Shown one piece after another: positions 1 through 12,836 of a stretch of DNA of 64,000 nucleotides. The first letter of the stretch is position 1. Every line of letters starts with the position of its first letter. The notes beneath the pieces are model-generated. The model worked only from the letters and a program-made list of their open reading frames with translations. It had not been told where the DNA came from and searched no databases. Source of the DNA: Torpedo marmorata (taxonomy: Eukaryota); contig OZ360233.1 in NCBI GenBank assembly GCA_977017645.1, positions 19,592,001-19,656,000 on the forward strand. The letters are read 5' to 3'. A program made the translations under genes and the position numbers.

Positions 1-896
1 GTTGAAATACTCGTCATCTGTGAGCAAGTCATCTGTAAGCTCCTACCGACTGAGACAGATTGTCATAAATGTGGAAGAGGTTCAAAAGCAACTGCAGCCA
101 CAGCAATCACGACTTAAATTACAACAAAATATCATCCGAAGTACAGAGCTAAATGAACAATTTGCATACGTATGACTCGGTTAACATAACCCATTCCTTC
201 CAAACTGTCTAAATATCTTTGGCAATTAAGAGAAAAATGATAATAAACAACGCCGTTATTTTGGGAAAGAGTACGATATCCCACCAGAGACCCCCGCAAT
301 CGCATTTTCTGAATTCTGATGCACTCTATTTAACTTACAAATTGTAGCAGTCGGGTTTGCCGGCACTAATAATCATCATCTGCGCCATTGTTGAAAAAAT
401 AAAACTGATGACAAATTCATAAAAATTAACTGACCCTTTCAATCTTGGTGATCTGAGACTCGCAAAAATAACATTTTCAATTTTTTTATTAAGTGGTCAA
501 TGTTATTTATAATTCAGTACATTTTGTAAAATGAATACTTGAACAATTTTGAATTTTATTCTTTCAGCGAATATAAGGCAACACTTATTGTCCATCCCCG
601 CATTTGTAAATAGGTGGCCATGAGCTGCCATCTCCTATCGCTGAATGTACTCTGGTTAAGTTACTAAATTGAATTTTATATTGTCATGTGCACCGATATG
701 CAGTGAAAAAATCTTTGCTTTCGTGAACTTGGGTCAGTAGGTTACGATCGATTGCCACCGGCATGGAGGTGTGGGGTAGAATTGCCGTGACTTGATGGGA
801 ATATTGAGAAGATAAAAACTAAATGAATGTAAGATGAGTGGAGGTGCATTGTTCACAATCGGCGTGGAAGCAATGATGAGAATGGCCTGTTTCCAT

Positions 897-1692
897 GCAG
901 TTCCTCCGTATGACGCTGTGCGTTATCTGGCGCAGTACCTCTTTATGACACTGTGCGTTATCAGGTGCAGTACCTCCGTATGACTCTGTGCGTTATCTGG
1001 CGCAGTACCTCTTTATGACACTGTGCGTTATCAGGTGCAGTACCTCCGTATGACTCTGTGCGTTATCTGGTGCAGTACCTCTTTATGACACTGTGCGTTA
1101 TCAGGTGCAGTACCTCCGTATGACTCTGTGCGTTATCTGGCGCAGTACCTCTTTATGACACTGTGCGTTATCAGGTGCAATACCTCCTTATGACACTGAG
1201 CGTTATCTGGCGCAGTACCTCCGTATGACATTGTGCGTTTATTTTTATTTATTTTTATTTATTTATTTAGACACGCAGCACGGTAACAGGCAATTTCGGC
1301 CCACGACTCCGTGCCGCCAAAGTTACCCCCAATTAACCTACACCCTCGGTACATTTTTAAACGGTGGGAGGAAACCGGAGCCCCCGGAGGAAACTCACGC
1401 AGACACGGGGAGAACGTTCAAACTCCTTACAGACAGCGCATGATTCGAACCACGGTCTGGTCCCGATCGCTGGCGCTGTAATGGCATTGCGCTATCCACT
1501 ATGCTAACCGTGCCGCCCTGCAGTACCTCTGTATGACTCTGTGCGTTATCTGGTGCAGTACCTCCGTATGAAACTGTGCGTTATCTGGTGCAGTACCTCC
1601 GTATGACACTGCGTTATCTGGTGCAGTACCTCTGTATAACACTGTGCGTTATCTGGTGCAGTAGCTCCGTGTGACACTGTGCGTTATCTGGA
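897..1692. repeat. 35-bp minisatellite with a 70-bp higher-order alternation, split by a SINE
   Basis: Unit of about GCAGTACCTCCGTATGACTCTGTGCGTTATCTGGT. Two variants alternate, with a 70-bp register at 931, 1001, 1071, 1141 and 1211. The array resumes at about 1519 after the SINE. Confidence 0.9.
1238..1518 (-). mobile_element. tRNA-derived SINE
   Basis: Minus strand starts GGGCGGCACGGTTAGCATAGTGG (A box), has GGTTCGAATC (B box) and ends in an (ATAA)n tail. The same family recurs through the window. Confidence 0.85.
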
Positions 1693-2229
1693 ACCTCATG
1701 TTGGATGTGTAGAAATTCAGTGCAAATGGGGAAAACAGCCACATCGCTTTTGGGTTCACTGGCCCAGAACCCGGAAGCTGAGATGATACTGAAACTCGCC
1801 GCACGCTTTCAAACCTCGCGCAGAGTTCAAGCGAGAACTGCGTGTTGGTCAATTACACCATAATCTGGCTGTTCCATTAATTACATATAGAATGATTATG
1901 TAAACGGCCATTTCTGTCTTGGTTAACTGGCGAACTCACACGGTTATTGCCTTCTCCCCGCCAAATTCTGATGGTCCATCGCACTGCAATAATTTGTCTC
2001 CAACCATGACTCCGTTTATTCATATGTTTATTGCTTCCGGCTTTTCATAATGCATGAATGCCGTTGGGGAGCCATGCCATCTCTGCCTCTGAAAGCCAGT
2101 CAACTAGGCATCCAGTCCCCTTTTATTTTCAGGAATGAACTTCGCTTGGATCCCTTCATGAAAACAGCGTTTGCTTGCACAATTCTTCCAAATCCCAAGT
2201 TTCGAACTCAGGATCTTTAAATGAACCCC

Positions 2230-4340
2230 AAATATATGTAAGTTTTAGGTTTCATTTAATATTTGAGCATCTAATTTTTTCTAATGTTAAATAGGACATT
2301 AAACTTGATAGCCAATATTCATATATAGGAGGATTACCATCCTTCCATTTTAGCAAGATCTGTCACCTTGCAACAAGAGAAGAAAAAACAATCACATGTT
2401 TTTGATTATTAGTAAGATCATGATTACGAGGATCATTTATACCAAAATATTGCTATAAATGGATTTGGATCTAAGTTAGTAGCTAAAACCAAAGAAAGAG
2501 TACAAAAATTTTTGTTCCAAAATATAACTAACTTAGGGCACAACCAAAACATATCAAATAATGTAACTTCATGAACATTACATCTATGACACATAGATGA
2601 TATATTTGATGAAAATATACCCAGTAAAGGTTTCGAGTAATGAGCTCTGTGAACAACTTTGAATTGAATTAAATTATGTCTTGCACATAATGAAGAGGTA
2701 TGGATACGGTCCAAAATATTGGACCACACTGAAGGTGAGAAAACCTTTAAAAAATATCTTTCCCAATCCTCCTTTACTTTATCCACATGCAGTATCACAT
2801 TTTCTTTTAAAATGGTTATAAAATACTGACAATGGTTTTGGTATAACAGGAGTAATAATAAAAACCTATTCTATGGTTACTTATTTTAAATCTAAAGGAA
2901 ATTCCGATGTCAAAGAATGTATAAAATTCCTAACTTGAAAGTATCTCAAATAATTGTTTCTAGATAGGTTACACTTAATAACCATCTGTTCAAAAGTAAT
3001 AAAATTAGAATCTATAAACAAGTCTTTAAATGAACATATACCGTGATCTTGCCAAATCTGGAACCCTCTATCCCCAGGAGCTGGGGTAAAAAAGGTATTG
3101 AAATTTATTGTACTATCAAGCAAGAAATGAAGGAAATTATTTGCTTTTCTGAATTGGAACCATATTTTTTACGTTTGTTTAACTATCTTGTTATTAGAAA
3201 TTTTGGTATATTTAAAGGGTGAAGGCATTCCTAATATAGATACTAACGATTATTTACCTATAACCTTCATTTCTGATTTCATCCATTTAAATCTTTCTTG
3301 ATAATTCTTAAAATGTATCCAACTATTAATAATTCTAATGTTAGCAGCCCAATAATAATTCCTTAAATGAGGTAAAGCAAAACCACCCTGTGGTTTGTTA
3401 TTTTGTAGTACTTCCTTTCTTACTCTTGGTCTTTTACCATTCCAAATAAAAGACGAAATTAAATAGTCTATTTGATCAAAAAATACTTCAGGGAGAAATA
3501 CTGGAAGTGCTTCAAATACATACAAAAATGTAGGTACAATATTCATTTTTATAATGTTTATACGACCAATTAATGACATCATTAACGGAGACCACCCTTT
3601 AGTTAAATTTATAACTTTATTCAATAGAGGAAGAAAATTCTCTTTACATGGGTGATCAAATTTCACTGTAATATTAACCCCAAGATATATTAAATATTTA
3701 AAATACCTTAAAAGGAACTTGAAATTGTAGTACATTAGGTGATTTTATCACCATTAATTCGCTTTTACCTAAATTCAATTTATATCCCGATAAACTTCCA
3801 AATCTATCCAATAATTGTAAAATATCTGGAACAGGATTGTTAGGATCTGAAACAAACAGCAGCATGTCATCTGCATATAATGATACTTTATTTTCCGTTC
3901 CCTCTCTTACAATACCTGTAATATTTTATGATTGTTTAACTGCCAAAGCTAACGGTTCCAAAGCAATGTAAAACAATAACGGGCTTAGTGGACATCCCTG
4001 TCTCGTCCCTCGGGATAATTTAAAAGACAACGATTTCATTGAATTCGTAATAACCCCAGCCAGTGGTGAAACATAGCTTATCTTAATCCAATTAACAAAT
4101 TGTGGTCCAAAATCAAATTTTCCCAAAACCGTCAACAGGAAATTCCACTCCACCCTATCTCCATGCCTTCTCAGCAGCTAATGATATTACACATTCAAAG
4201 GGAGTCTGAACGGGAGAATATACTATATTTACCAACCTCCTTATGTTGTACTGTATATGTCTTCCTTTAATGAAATCTGTCTGATCTTCCGAGATAATTA
4301 ATGGCATAATTTTTTCAATTCTTTCTGAAATTCTCAAGAT
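2230..4340 (-). mobile_element. Degenerate L1/Tx1-clade LINE ORF2 fragment (RT and C-terminal Cys-rich region)
   Basis: ORF pieces 'RGTRQGCPLSPLLF', 'LIGRINIIKMNIVPTFLYVF', 'GGFALPHLRNYYWAA' and 'MCHRC..TLFDMFWLCP', broken by stops and frameshifts. Confidence 0.9.
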
Positions 4341-4851
4341 ACATATTTATCTCAGGTGATGAGTGATTTGCTGTTTGAGGTTGTAGTAAGCTTGCGCACT
4401 CCATTATAATCAAAACAGCCGAGGAATTTCTCATAATATATTTAAGTAGGTGAATAGTTCCCGGGACATAGGGGACTTAAAATCCTCATGTTAGTCAAAA
4501 AGGTAGAATTATTTATTCTGGTACAGTGTCACCAGCGTTAATATTCTTGGACCGAGTAGTGGATGAGAGTAATCTTCGCTGCCTCCAACATGCCTAGCAC
4601 TGTTTCACGTTATGTATAAACAATGTTTATTTGCGTGGCGTTGCAGATGTACACTTCTAGGTCTCAAAGCTAAATAGATCGGATCCTTGCCCCCCCCCCC
4701 CGGGGATTTAATGGCGGATAGGCATTTGAAAATCCAGACAGATGGATAAAATGTTGCAATTATTTGGGATCAGAGGAATCGGGCGATGAATTTGGTTAAA
4801 GAATATCAGCAGTTGCTTTGTAACATTGGATTCATCGATATGTGTACCATT

Positions 4852-5080
4852 TTGTGCGGCCCGCTAATGTTGCGGTTAACATAATTCAAAGGTAGCGCCA
4901 TGGCTTGGGTTCATATTCGAAGCTGTATTTTCTCCTCGTTTGAAGCGTTTACGTTCTCCAAGTATAAGGTTGACTCAAGGTAGTCTGGTTTCCTCTCACC
5001 CTCCAAAACGTATAGGGTTGATAGGATAATTGGGTGCCATAAAGCGGCACGGGCTTCAAATGCTGGAAGGGCTGTCTAAA
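4852..5080 (+). mobile_element. Old tRNA-derived SINE copy
   Basis: Diverged match to the SINE at 1238-1518 (TGGGTTCATATTC, GGTTTCCTCTCACCCTCCAAAACGTA, AATTGGGTG, GCGGCACGGGC). Confidence 0.55.
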
Positions 5081-5081
5081 A

Positions 5082-8000
5082 GATTTCAGATTTCAGATTT
5101 ATTTTCAGAGTACATACATGACATCACATACAACCCTGATATTATTTTTACTGCGGGATAGGCAGAATTACCACTTATTAGCAGTGCAGAAAACTGATAA
5201 CAGCGTATACATGTAAACAAATAAAGAACTGTAAACAGATAAAACAGATTGTAAACAAACTTACTGTGCAATACACATAGAATAAAAAGAACCAATAAAG
5301 TTCACAAGAGTCCTGAAATGAGTCCCTGATTCAGTTTTTGTTGATCAGTCTGATGGTGGAGGTATCGCATCTTTTCCTGAAGATGGCGGTGTGAATCTTG
5401 TGACACTTATACCTCTTTGCTGATTGCAGCAGCGAGATCATTACGTGTGCTGTGTTGTGTGAATCCTTGATGATTGCTGCTGCTTTCCGAAGGCAGTGTT
5501 CCCAGTAGATGTTCTCGATAGTGGGAAGGGTTTTGCCTGTGATGTCCTGGGCTCTGTCCACTAACTTTTGGAGGGCTTTACGCTCAGGGGTATTGGTGTT
5601 CCCATACAAGACTGTGATGCAGCCGGTCAGCACACTTTCCACCACACATGTGTAACAATTTTCAAGGGTTGCTGCTGAGATACCAAACCTCCGCAAACTC
5701 CTGAGGAAGTAGAGGAGCTGCCGTGCTTTCTTCACGATGCCATTAGTGTGTTGCGTCCAGGAACGATACTCCGAGTTAGTGACTCCCAAGAACTTAATGT
5801 GCTCACCCTCTCCGCCACAAATCCCCCAACGATCATACGATTGTATACCTCGGGTTTTCCCTTCCTGAAGTCAACAATCAGCTCCTCGTTTTGGTGACAT
5901 TGAGGGCAATGTTGTTGTTGGTGCACCATTCAGCCAAGTTTTCAATCTCCCTTCTCTATTCAGATTCATCAACTTTCTTTATACAACCCACTACCGTGGT
6001 ATAGTCGACAAATTTGTAGATTATGTTTTGTTTTTTTTGTCGCACCGAGCCACACAGTCGTAGGTGTAACGTGAGTAGAGCAGAGGGCAAAGGACGCAGC
6101 CCTGTGGTGCTCCGGTACTGATAGAGATTGTGGAGAAGATGTTCTTACCAATACTCACTGTTTGTGGTCTGGAGGTGAGGAGATCAATGATCCAAATACA
6201 CAATGGGATGTTGCGTCCCATGTCTTGGAGTCTGCTGATAGGTTTTGAAGGAATGATAGTGTAAAATGCCGACCTCTAGTCGATAAAAACATCCTGATGA
6301 ATGCATTTTACTGTCCAGGTGTTCCAGGGCTTTATGTAGAGGCAGCACAAGTTTTTAATACACGGCCAGGTACTCCGTCGGGGACGGATGCTTTCCTCGG
6401 ATATACTCTCCTGAATCCAGCACGCACGTCATCCTGAGATACGGACAGGATCGGATCATCAGGGGAAGTGAGGGTGCGGATTGCAGAGGGGTGGTTCTTC
6501 GCTCTTGTTGTGGACAAATCGGTCGTAGAATGCAATGAGTTCCTCTGCGAGCCAAGCTTTGCTGTATGCTGCTGCACTGGATTTGGTGTTGCAGAAGAAT
6601 ATGGCATTTAGGCCCTTCCGCAGCTGACTATTGTCCCTTGTTGTTTCCATTTTGATCCGGAATCTACACTTCGCCCGGGATATAACTTTTCGCAGGTCAT
6701 ACCTGCTCCTTTTGTATTGATCTGGATCTCCGGACTTACATGCCTGTGATCTGGCTCTCAGCACGTTCCGGATTTCATTGTTCATCTTGGGCATGTGGTT
6801 CGGGAAAGCCCTGAACGAATTGGTGGGTACACATCATACATCTCTGCTCTGATAAAGTCTGTGACGGCCCTGCTGTAATCATTCAGATTCTCAGATGAGT
6901 CCTCGAACACCGCCCAATCCGCTGACTCGATGAACTCCTGTTACCGTTCTTCAGCCTTCTGTGACCACGTTCTAGCTGTTCTGATCTCCGTCGCCTCTCT
7001 CGTTAGGCTCTGTCTGTATGAGGGCAGAAGGAACACAGCCTGGTGATCCGACCTGCAAAACTTCAGTCTCGGGAAAGAACGGTAGGCCTTCCATATCTAG
7101 GTGTAGCAGTGATCGAGTGTGCTGGGACCTCTGATACAGCAGGTTACATGCTGGTAGTAATTGGACAGGGTTTTCTTGACACAGGCCGGGTTAAAGTCGC
7201 TGACTAAGATTACTAATGCGACGGGCTGGTCCGTCTCTTCTTTACTGACCACATCATGCAGCTCCGCAAGTGTCTGTGTGTAATCGGCATCGGGAGGGAT
7301 ATAAATTCCGGTGATAATCGCTGTTGAGAACTATCGGGTTAGATAGAAGGGTCTGCATTTAATCCAGATTTGCTGTAAAGGCAGTAGAGCAGGCGGTCGA
7401 CATAACTCCAATGTCCATGCACCACCCAGTATTAACGAAAAAGCACACTCCGCCCCTCTCTCTTTGCCAGAATCCGAGTTACGATCCTGTCTATGAATGG
7501 TGAAACCGCCTGGTCCGATAGCGGTGTCCGGTGTGTTCTCTGTTAGCCAGGTCTCGGTGCAGCAAACAACTGAAATTTGTCTTACCTGCCTCTGATAAAG
7601 CAGCCTTGCCCTCGGGTCGTCAATTTTATTCTCCAATGACTGGACATTCGCCAGTAATATGGACGATAGGAAAAGTCTCAGACCCCTGTGATTCAGTCTT
7701 GTTTGGATCCCGGCCCTCACTCCACGTTTCTCACCTCGACCTTGGTGGTGACCTGTCCCTTTAAGGCCTGTGCCTTCTAGCCGGCCTGTTCCTGACTCAG
7801 CCGTTACCCGGGAGATTTGTAAATCATTAACTCTGTTCAGCAGTTCGTAGGTCATAAAAACGGCATGCCGTTGATTTAAAAATGAAAACACATTGCTCGA
7901 GAAACTCAGCAGGTCAAACAGTGTCCTTTATATAGCAAATGTAAAAATACATAACCGATCTTTGCAGCTTGAGCCCTTTATTAAGGTATGGTTGATTTAA

Positions 8001-8130
8001 CGAAAGCAGCTGGGAAGGTGAGTATTTTAAAGGAGTATTTAACAGGGGTTCTCCAGCACGCGGAAAGTCACCGTGGGTCGTCGGCGCCATCCTGATATCA
8101 TGCTGTAACATTAAAATACCAAAATATTAA
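5082..8130 (-). mobile_element. Near full-length, degenerate Rex1/Babar-type LINE (APE + RT)
   Basis: 'ILLANVQSLENKID', 'CCTETWL', 'PDGVPGRVLKTCA', 'STGAPQGCVLCPLLYSRYTYDC' and 'KKARQLLYFLRSLRRFG', with a (TCTGAA)n-type 3' tail at about 5082-5100. Confidence 0.9.
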
Positions 8131-8590
8131 CTATTTCAATTCTGGGTCACACTCCCACACTCACATGTCTGTCCATGGCCTCATGTACTATCCCACCAAG
8201 ACTACCCGCAAACTGGAGGAACAACATCTCATATTCCGTCTCGGCACTCTCCAGCCAGATGGAATTAACATTGACTTTTCTGCTTTCCACTAAACCTGCT
8301 TGTTGTTCCCTTCCCCTCCCCCCTCACCTGTCCTTCCTGTGTTTCTCCAGCTACCCAGCCATCCCTCCTCCCCCTCTTTGCTACTGTCCCCTCCCTCCTG
8401 TCTCCACCTATTATCTTCTGCCTTTCCCACCCACCCTTCCCCCCTCACTCCTTTGTTCGGACGTCTGCCGGCATTTTCTCATACTTTGAAGAAGGGCTCA
8501 AGCCTGAAACGTCAGTTATGTATTTCTACCTTTGCTACATAAAAGACACTGTTTGACCTGCTGAGTTCTCCAGCATTTGTGTTTTTTACT
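7890..8590. mobile_element. Penelope-like element 3' fragments in opposite orientations
   Basis: 8135-8590 (+) has 'KLEEQHLIFRLGTLQPDGINIDF' and the GAAGAAGGGCTCAAGCCTGAAACGTC...GACCTGCTGAGTT tail. 7890-7990 is the same tail on the minus strand. Confidence 0.8.
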
Positions 8591-8713
8591 AAAATATTAA
8601 CTAAAATATGCTTGATTTAGGCATATTAAACATGTTCCTTCCTTCTGTCGAAAATGTGACTGGTGTTATTTAATCCAGCTATATTTTGTAATTCAGTTTT
8701 TTCTAATTCTCAG

Positions 8714-9570
8714 ATTTCAGTGCCTCACTATATGAGTGACCATAGGTCCAATAACCCTGCAGCAGCCCATATAGCAGACTCCAATGTGACATTATTCTGT
8801 GACGATAAGGACGCTGTCAAACTTGAGTCGACCGTTTATACTGGCGGGTTGCCCACGCTTAGATCAGAGAACCACTTTGATTCTACTTCAGATTTCAGAT
8901 TTATTTTCAGAGTACATGCAGGACATCACAAACAAATCTGAGATTATTTTCTTCTGCGGGCGCGGCAGAATTACCACTAATTGGTACTGAAAAAAAACTA
9001 CACAGCATAAACATGTAAAAAAAGAAATGTAAACAGATAACGAATGTAAACAAACTGACTGTGCAATACAGAGAGAACAAAATAAAATCAATAATGTGCA
9101 CAAGTAAGAGTCCGTAAATGAGTCTCTGATTGAGTTTGTTGTTGAGATATCCGATGGTGGAGAGGTAGCAGCTGTTCCTGAACCTGGTGGTGCGCGTGTT
9201 GTGACACATGTACCTCTTTCCTGTAGGAGGCAGCGAGAACAGAGCGTGTGCTGGGTGTGGGTCTTTGATGATTGCTGCTGCTCTCCGACGGCAGCGTTCC
9301 CTGCAGATGTACTCAATAGTGGGGAAGGTTATTTCCTGTGATGTCCTGGGCTCTGTCCACTACCGTTTGAAGGGTTTTACGCTCAGGGGGATTGATGTCA
9401 CCATACCGGACCGTGATGCAGCCGGTCAGTACACTTTACACCAGACCTCTGCAAAAATTTGCTAGGTTTTCTGGTGTCATACCAAACCTCCGCAAACTTC
9501 AGCCGACCACCATCGATGATTCCGGTAGTCCTTGTGAGGAGGACAGGAGCATAATCTGCAGACCCGCCGA
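8714..9570 (+). pseudogene. Possible decayed Ig-superfamily V/I-type exon split by a Rex1 fragment
   Basis: Acceptor TTCTCAG at 8713, then 'SNVTLFC..KLESTV' and TAC TGG after a frameshift. 'TTLILLQ' before the insertion joins 'PTTIDDSGSPC' after it. ACTTCAG flanks the insertion at 8885-8891 and 9496-9502. Confidence 0.35.
8892..9495 (-). mobile_element. 5'-truncated Rex1/Babar LINE
   Basis: Closely matches 5086-5700 by eye; flanked by a 7-bp direct repeat ACTTCAG (probable TSD). Confidence 0.9.
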
Positions 9571-9729
9571 GTGAGCTGCCTTAGCATTACAGAGTTCACC
9601 ATGTTCTTGGACACGGGAATCTCGTCTTATTGGAGGATTTATATGGATAAAATATACATATTTTTAGTTGTGACAAGCAGCTTTGGTTACCAATTTTGAT
9701 AAAATATAGTTACAAAACTAATCAACAGT

Positions 9730-10540
9730 TTTTATTTACAGGAAATTTGTTTTATTGGAGACGGATTTACGAAAGATTTGATCGATTTCTCCTTCGTAAA
9801 TCTTTGCGAGTTCTTTTGTTCACTTGCATGATCAGCCAGTAAAACGATACACAAAAATGAAATGTGATATATGTTTGCATAACACATCGTATTTAGAATA
9901 GAGCACGGCTCAGTATTCAAACGAACACATCTACTTACGATCTTAAGCACTGACCATATCGTATCGTCTGCCGCTATTTACACTGCGCTTGACCACATAC
10001 GTTAGATTGTCAGTATTGTCAGTGGTACCAATTTATATTTGTGTGCAATGAGAAATTATTCTCTTTTGCATCGATATTCCAGCAATTTTGTGATCACCAT
10101 TATTCTCCCTTTACTGCAATTCATATCAAATATTCCATTTGTAGAAACGTAGAATTTCTCCGCATGTCGGCCAATGTCGCAGCTCGGTGGTGTACGTATA
10201 GAGCGAATGAAGTTAAAGCACAATTACTGCAATCCATTCAGTGGAAAGAGTCATTTTTGTCACTGTGACGGAACAAAAATTCTGCTCTCAGAAACGAAGT
10301 GTTCTCTGGAACATATGCCATCGCAGCTGATTGCTGGCTCAGGAACAAAATATAAACATTTTGATGTACACCAACAATTTCCAAACGTATAGCGTTTAAT
10401 AAACAGGGTCTTGTTTGTAACGGGCGTTATTTGAATAATTTGCATGTTGGTTATGTAGATATCCTACAGTACTGCATCATATTGGTCGTGTGAAGTGATA
10501 ATGCCCTCACTCCAGTTTGTTATAGCAACCGAAATACCAT
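9730..10540 (-). pseudogene. Highly decayed GPR139/GPR142-like GPCR pseudogene
   Basis: Minus-strand remnants resemble the family's ICL3 motif (AGTAAAGGGAGAATAATGGTGATC, about 'SKGENxSDPEME') and its helix-8/C-terminal region. Confidence 0.4.
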
Positions 10541-10559
10541 CCTACTAATTCCTGCGTGC

Positions 10560-11598
10560 AGTTGGAATTGATGCAATGGAGTGTAAATGACGCAAATCCT
10601 CATTTAATGCAAGATAATAAGGCGTCGTTGGCAAATAATATGTGTTCCTTTTTCTGCAATTCAGAGAAAGAGAGAGAGAGAGAAAAAGAAAGAGGGATAG
10701 GTGGAGTGAGATTAATATAGAGAGATACACTATCTGAAAGAAAGGGGAGGCAGGAACAGAACTATGCTAAACACTAAATCATTGACATCCATGAAAATAT
10801 ATGCTTTATTGTCCTTTGACTGTTGAGATTGAAATAACCTAGTGATGGAATCAAATTGCAGGTAAATGCTCCATTCGCCACTTCCGGCATCCACCAGTCA
10901 TGAAACGCTCATTTAAAAAAAAACATTCCATTGTTTATTATCACCTGTACGGAGATACCATAATAAAACAGTTTGCATGCTAACCATAAAGAACTCACAG
11001 AGTAGGTGGTCAAAGCCATGCAAATAAACCAATTAACAAACAAATATGTAAGGAGTAATTTTACGATATTTAAAGTAGTGCAGGAAATAGAGGGATTTAC
11101 AAACATATTGTGCTGGGTATGATTATTTTGCACTCTTCTAATACTTCCACATAGTCATCAGCTTCCTAATATTCAACACTCGTTGAGATTGGTGCAGACT
11201 GGATTATGTTCTCAATTCTCAATGTACTCTTAATACTTACCGTATTGATCACGACTGCAACGAAGATTGATTCGGATTGATTTCGTGATACAACCATGGT
11301 AAGTGTTCATATGTCCTCAGGACGACAGTGGTTATAGGTTTTGAATAAAAATTGCAACACAACTTACCTTTCCGTACACGTGACAATAAACAATGGAATG
11401 TTGTTTTTTTTTTAATGGGGTTTTCATGACAGGTGGAGGCCGGAAGGGAAATAGCGCATTTACCTGGAATTTGATTCGATGACTAAGTCGTTTCAATCTC
11501 AACAGTCTAATGACAATAAAGCTTATAATTTCATAGAAGGAAATGACATCAGGTTTAGTGTAATTCTTCTCGTCCCTCCCCTTTTATCAGTTTGTGTA

Positions 11599-11636
<38 letters not shown>

Positions 11637-11755
11637 CTTACTCTCTCTCTCTCTCTCATGCAGAAACAGGGCACTCATGGTTAATGCTAATGACGCCCTC
11701 TGATCTTGCATTAAATGAGGTTAACGTCATTTAAACACCATTGCATTTTACCACT
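10560..11755. repeat. Diverged inverted repeat, arms about 10560-10953 and 11371-11755
   Basis: CATTTAATGCAAGAT pairs with ATCTTGCATTAAATG, GACTGTTGAGATTGAAA with TTTCAATCTCAACAGTC, CATTCCATTGTTTATT with AATAAACAATGGAATG, and (GA)n with (TC)n. Confidence 0.85.
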
Positions 11756-12272
11756 CAGACCAACATTCGAGGCAGTTTGCCTCACATCACAAGGTTTGGG
11801 ACATTGGTGGAAACTAAATCATTTGGAGGAATCCACGCGGTCCACGGGAAACTGCAAATACCGCAGACAAAAGTACACAAAGACATGATACATCTGGGCT
11901 CAAAAATGGACACGCTCTCTGAGTAACTTGTAGAATTATTATCTCTGCGATATCATTTTGGACGGATGATTTACTCGTAATATGCAATATACGGAAATAT
12001 CAGTAGCAGGATCTATCCTCTCAGAACCACGAATTTGCTAGATTATAAACCTGAAGAGTGAAATAAAATAAAATGCTTGATTACTTGCGGACCCCTTTCA
12101 GATTGGTGCAGACTGGATTAAATTCTTGATTCTCAATTTAACTCTAAGCGTTTTGATTACTAATGGAAGGAAGAGTGATTCGTGCAGATTTCGTGATACA
12201 ACCATGGTCAGTGTTCAGATGTCCTCAAGAGGACAGTGGTTATAGGGTTTGAACAAAAAATGCTACACCTAC
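11187..12272. repeat. Diverged ~175-bp direct repeat (11187-11368 and 12101-12272)
   Basis: Both copies start GATTGGTGCAGACTGGATTA and share GATTTCGTGATACAACCATGGT and GACAGTGGTTATAGG. Confidence 0.85.
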
Positions 12273-12559
12273 CTCAAAGTCTGCTTCTACCACAGAGCGA
12301 TGGGACTGACAGATCCCGTCGACAAGGGCGCATTATCAATTTCCCACGCAGCATTGCGCTTGCGAACATTTTGGGGCGGGCTCTCACTTCGGAGACAGTT
12401 TTTCGGAAAAGAAAAACAGTGTCTCGGTTAAAAGTAGATTCATACTCGCGTAACGCGTCGCCGGGGACTCATGAAGCACGCGGGCGCTCGGTAATCAACG
12501 CAGGACCACGTAGAGCGAATCGACCCACCATTGTGAGGTGACTCGGACTGATTCAAGCG

Positions 12560-12636
12560 AGAGTGTCACATCATTGACTGGACGTGAATTTTGCTACATG
12601 ACATCAAATCACCAATCAACTCCCGGCAACAGAGCG
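12560..12636 (+). promoter_or_regulatory. Putative TCR-V-type proximal promoter
   Basis: CRE-like TGACATCA at 12599-12606 and CCAAT at 12612-12616 just upstream of the ATG at 12637. No Ig octamer ATGCAAAT in the proximal region. Confidence 0.5.
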
Positions 12637-12676
12637 ATGGCAATCCTTGCTTTCTCTTTGTTTGCCTCTTTACCCT
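12637..12676 (+). CDS. Leader exon of the NARTCR V gene
   Basis: MAILAFSLFASLP + T, then donor GTGAGT (phase 1). A 160-bp intron ends at TTGCAG (12836), giving the signal peptide MAILAFSLFASLPCIMS. Confidence 0.85.
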
Positions 12677-12836
12677 GTGAGTACGACTCAATCACACTGG
12701 CACCGTAACGATTATTATCAATCTCATCGGATATCTTTCCGAATCATGGGTACCTTCGTGGTTTAAGCATCGTATTACGCCCTCCTCTGTCTGGAAACTC
12801 ACTGAACAAACTATCCTTTTAATTCTTAATTTGCAG

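Noticed and set aside
1-400. Possible decayed coding sequence on the minus strand
   Set aside because: No motif could be assigned with confidence.
1238-1518. tRNA gene
   Set aside because: The A/B boxes belong to multi-copy SINE heads and there is no full cloverleaf.
897-1692. CRISPR-like regular array
   Set aside because: The units are contiguous with no unique spacers, and the context is eukaryotic.
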